Origin: Candidatus Undinarchaeales archaeon
Lineage (GTDB): Archaea; SpSt-1190; JASMDC01
Assembly: GCA_030753015.1 (NCBI GenBank)
Contig: JASMDC010000035.1
Span: 1-36,044 of the forward strand
Reading direction: 5' to 3'
Length of the DNA: 36,044 nucleotides
Shown: piece by piece, positions 33,326 to 36,044 of the stretch
Layout: each line of letters opens with the position of its first letter
How positions within the stretch are numbered: position 1 is the first letter of the stretch
Program-made: the position numbers and the translations under genes
Notes under the pieces: generated by a model
What the model saw: the letters and a program-made list of their open reading frames with translations, nothing else
Told to the model about the DNA's origin: nothing
Databases searched by the model: none

Positions 33326-34321
33326 GTGAGCATTGTGACGGTGGAGCCATCATTCCGTGACCTCTTCATCGAGATCACTGGTAAGTGCAACCTCAAATGC
33401 TGTCATTGCTTTCGGCCCGAATGTGAGGAGATCGATGTTCCCGTCAAGGAGCTTAAGGACCGGATTCACCAGGTCAAGTCCAACAACATCATCCTCACCG
33501 GAGGAGAACCGACACTACACCCGGACCTTCGTCACATCATTAGCATTGCAAAGGAGCGAGTTGGCGAGGATGGGAAGGTCATCCTGATCACGAATGCTGC
33601 AAGATGGTCCGAGGCGATCATGCGCACCATCTACGAGGCCGACGTGGTGAACGTATCACTCGACTGGGCTGATGACCGACATGACGAGAACAGGGGCATG
33701 AACGGGCTTCAAGAGAATGTTGGCAGGCTTATCGATCAGCTCACTACGATGACGATGCCGCACAAGGCTCGACCGAAGATAAACCTCTTGGTCACGATGT
33801 TCCATGAGAACATGGATGCCGATAACATAGACGCTATCGTCAGGTTCGCGCACGAGCACAACGTGGACGATATCGTCTTTGATAGGTATGTCCCTTGTTT
33901 CAGCAATCCTTCCGCTTTGACAACCGCGGAAATGAAAATCGCCCTCGAATCCCTCGACGCTCTGAGCTCGGAAGCAGACGCCTCCACGGGATCACCACAG
34001 ATCACAATATATGAAATCTTTGCCAACATACTCTACGGGTACTCGACACCGCGGTGCCGATGCAAGGGTAGGGTGTTCTGTGACATCTACGGGAAATGGT
34101 CGCCATGCCCCTTCTACCCGGTAAGGTTCGACAATCCATCGAAGGTGGTCCACGAGCGGGCACAGGAGGACCTTCCGGGAGCTTGCATCGGTTGTGAGCA
34201 TGCCGACAGCTGTCACGGTGGATGCCCTGCGACCCGTCTTGTCGTACATGGTACGCTTAAGAAACGAGATCCCCTGTGTCCGTTCAGGGTACCAATTGAT
34301 TTCCAGGAAAAAGGTGCCTAG
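33326..34321 (+). CDS. Radical SAM protein with C-terminal SPASM domain
   Basis: EITGKCNLKCCHC (CxxxCxxC), LTGGEPTLHPD, ITNA, NVSLD; SPASM CRC..G..SPCPF..CIGCEHADSCHGGCPA..DPLC; alternative GTG start at 33335 after AGGTGA. Confidence 0.92.
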   Translation: MSIVTVEPSFRDLFIEITGKCNLKCCHCFRPECEEIDVPVKELKDRIHQVKSNNIILTGGEPTLHPDLRHIISIAKERVGEDGKVILITNAARWSEAIMRTIYEADVVNVSLDWADDRHDENRGMNGLQENVGRLIDQLTTMTMPHKARPKINLLVTMFHENMDADNIDAIVRFAHEHNVDDIVFDRYVPCFSNPSALTTAEMKIALESLDALSSEADASTGSPQITIYEIFANILYGYSTPRCRCKGRVFCDIYGKWSPCPFYPVRFDNPSKVVHERAQEDLPGACIGCEHADSCHGGCPATRLVVHGTLKKRDPLCPFRVPIDFQEKGA

Positions 34322-34393
34322 AAATGACAGGTATCGATCGCCCGCCCGAACACCTTCTACATGAGTCGGGCCCGCTTCAAAGCATGGCCGTCA

Positions 34394-35665
34394 TCATTCG
34401 TCCTCGCCGATGAGCGGCAGGTCAGCGACCCGGGAGGTCTCGACGGTGAGTGCGCGGACGTCCGAGCGGTCCAGGTCTGCAGTGTCGTACCTCTTCGTGG
34501 TGATGGTGGACATCTGGACCTCCTGGAGAAGTGCCCCTCCGTAGTTCTCCACCCCTTCCTCGCCGTTGAACCGCGCAGCGTTCACCCAGGGGCGACCCAT
34601 CCCTGCCGCGTCGGCGCCGAGAGCCAGAGATTTCACGACCTGTGAGCCCTTGTAGATGCCCCCGGCTATTATCAGCGTCGGCAGGTCATTCTCGGCGTCC
34701 GGGAACTCCTCCGCGTACGCATCGAGCTCTGAGCGGGTCTTCCTGAGGAGAGCCAGCGTGGGCAGACCTACCTCGTTCATGACATCGGTGGGGGCCATTC
34801 CGGTCCCACCCTCGGAGCCGTCCACCGTGATGTTGTCAACGCCGGCCTCAGCCAGCGCATACACGATCTCGTGCATGTCGTTGAACCCACCGAGCTTGGC
34901 CCATACCGGCATATCGTACGTCTCCTTGAGGACCTTCACCTGGTCTATGAGACCTTCAATGGAGGGGGCGCCCGCTGCCGAATGGCGGATCCATGTGCCG
35001 TCGCCCATATCCTCCACGTGGTAACCGAGCTTTCGGTAGCGATCCACCTCCTGCGCATCGGTCAGCCGCACGATGCCGCCCAGGCCCGGCTTGGCGCCCT
35101 GACCCAGCTTGATCTCTATGCCGTCGGCTCCGTAGGCTGCGGCCTTGTCGAAGATGCCCAGAGCGATCTCGTTCTCGTTACCCTCGACGAGGATACCGCC
35201 GTAGCCCGTCATCTGGTTGGTGTGGTAGAGGTCGATGAGTTCCTTGAGCCGGTCCTCCCCGTGCGTCACCATGACGTTCTCGCCGATGACATAGGGTACG
35301 CCCTGCCTGGCCGCAGCGACCACGATCTGGTCGGCGACGCCGTTCGCGGCCTTGGTAGAGCCAAGGGCGCAGACCGTGGCCGGTATGTACGACGTGAGGC
35401 CGCCTATCTCGGTTGCGGTGTCCACGTCGGTGTAGACGGGATCCCGTCCCAGCTCGACCCGCTTGTCGTGGCCGCCGAAGAGCCGGGGCATGATCTGGAG
35501 GTCGTCGAGCCCGGGATACCCTTTCCGTGAGCTCCACGGGTGACTGCCGTACTTCGGGAAGGGTGTCTCTCCCGTCTCGGCCATATGCTTGATGCGCTTA
35601 TACATCTCACCATGGTCCTTTTCCTTGTGGTGGACCTCTTCAGGATCAAGATATGACTCTATCAT
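34394..35665 (-). CDS. Stand-alone FMN-binding glutamate synthase family protein (GltB FMN domain only)
   Basis: IEIKLGQGAKPGLGG, VWAKLG, ITVDGSEGGTGMAP, VGLPT, AGGI..GSQVVKSLALGADAAGMGR. Confidence 0.88.
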   Translation of the reverse strand: MIESYLDPEEVHHKEKDHGEMYKRIKHMAETGETPFPKYGSHPWSSRKGYPGLDDLQIMPRLFGGHDKRVELGRDPVYTDVDTATEIGGLTSYIPATVCALGSTKAANGVADQIVVAAARQGVPYVIGENVMVTHGEDRLKELIDLYHTNQMTGYGGILVEGNENEIALGIFDKAAAYGADGIEIKLGQGAKPGLGGIVRLTDAQEVDRYRKLGYHVEDMGDGTWIRHSAAGAPSIEGLIDQVKVLKETYDMPVWAKLGGFNDMHEIVYALAEAGVDNITVDGSEGGTGMAPTDVMNEVGLPTLALLRKTRSELDAYAEEFPDAENDLPTLIIAGGIYKGSQVVKSLALGADAAGMGRPWVNAARFNGEEGVENYGGALLQEVQMSTITTKRYDTADLDRSDVRALTVETSRVADLPLIGEDE

Positions 35666-35688
35666 GTGATGTCCGAGCCGGATAGCGG

Positions 35689-35721
35689 ATTAATATAGGT
35701 GCCGGTTTCCATTTGGAAACC
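35689..35721 (-). promoter_or_regulatory. TATA box and adjacent inverted repeat upstream of the glutamate-synthase-like gene
   Basis: TATATTAAT about 25-32 nt before ATG 35665; GGTTTCCA-TT-TGGAAACC at 35704-35721. Confidence 0.55.
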
Positions 35722-35904
35722 TTCATAGTCCGCCCTCGTTCCGAGGTGTAATCCCTGTGGTCCGGGCGGGCCATGACCACTTCCACCACACGTCCTACCT
35801 TATCTGACATGATGCCACATTTCTCCCCACGATTTCTTTCAAGGCCAGCAGCTCATCCTCACTGGGGCTCCTCGCGTTCATGAGGCCCGGGTCGAGGAGC
35901 TTCG

Positions 35905-36044
35905 ATGAAGGGCGGAATCCTTGGATCTAGCGTCGTCCAGGGCCACCGCCCGCCGCCTCAGGGGAGAATACCGAAGTCCGCCACGCTGAAGGGGCGGATG
36001 GAGAGGAAGCTCCTGACAAAGAACGGACGGGAGATGTACAAGAA
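35905..36044 (+). mobile_element. Transposase fragment, IS1182-like (5'-truncated remnant running off the window)
   Basis: Frame from ATG 35905 reads ...PPPQGRIPKSATLKGRMERKLLTKNGREMYK, resembling from recall the GRIP..RM.RKL.T..GR..Y segment that precedes VEPVFG in IS1182-family transposases; no upstream transposase body or terminal IR seen. Confidence 0.65.

Noticed and set aside
33289-33360. Tiny plus-strand ORFs before the radical SAM gene (MQDRRDRERR; TTG-started peptide with two Cys) as RiPP precursors
   Set aside because: Poor SD spacing, overlap with the rSAM start and no repeat or conservation support
35704-35721. NrpR operator upstream of the glutamate-synthase-like gene
   Set aside because: NrpR sites are GGAA-N6-TTCC; here the half-sites are in the opposite order with a different spacing
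1-36044. tRNA or rRNA genes
   Set aside because: No cloverleaf/T-loop or rRNA-like segments noticed in the short intergenic regions by eye

Overview
GC-rich window that looks archaeal: TATA/BRE promoters about 25-30 nt upstream of several start codons, GGTGA(T)-type Shine-Dalgarno sites, an archaeal COG2522-like HTH regulator and a stand-alone GltB FMN-domain gene. The left half (1-19.6 kb) is a cell-surface/secreted protein region of the kind seen in DPANN-like archaea (lineage is inference). It holds a 1962-aa secreted Cys-rich protein with an intact NlpC/P60 hydrolase domain, a 2479-aa membrane-anchored LamG/beta-propeller/Cys-rich adhesin, a divergent GLUG-repeat protein and an orphan RnfG-like FMN-binding membrane protein. 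The right half (19.6-32.8 kb, minus strand) is a 13-gene assimilatory sulfate reduction plus siroheme operon: tauE-tauE-cysH(APR)-sat-sirC-hemA-hemC-cobA/hemD-hemL-hemB-sir-tusA-cysK. A divergent radical SAM/SPASM gene, a glutamate-synthase-like gene and an IS1182-like transposase fragment follow. The most striking unannotated signal is the 340-nt leader of the sulfur operon. It encodes three tiny Cys-containing uORFs; the first two share a 25-nt GECLCRS-coding repeat, can fold similar hairpins and are followed by U-rich tracts. This is a candidate tandem cysteine-sensing attenuator in an archaeon. An ATAAC-N4-GT(T/G)AT operator is shared between this promoter and the HTH regulator gene. All calls come from manual motif reading; no searches were run.
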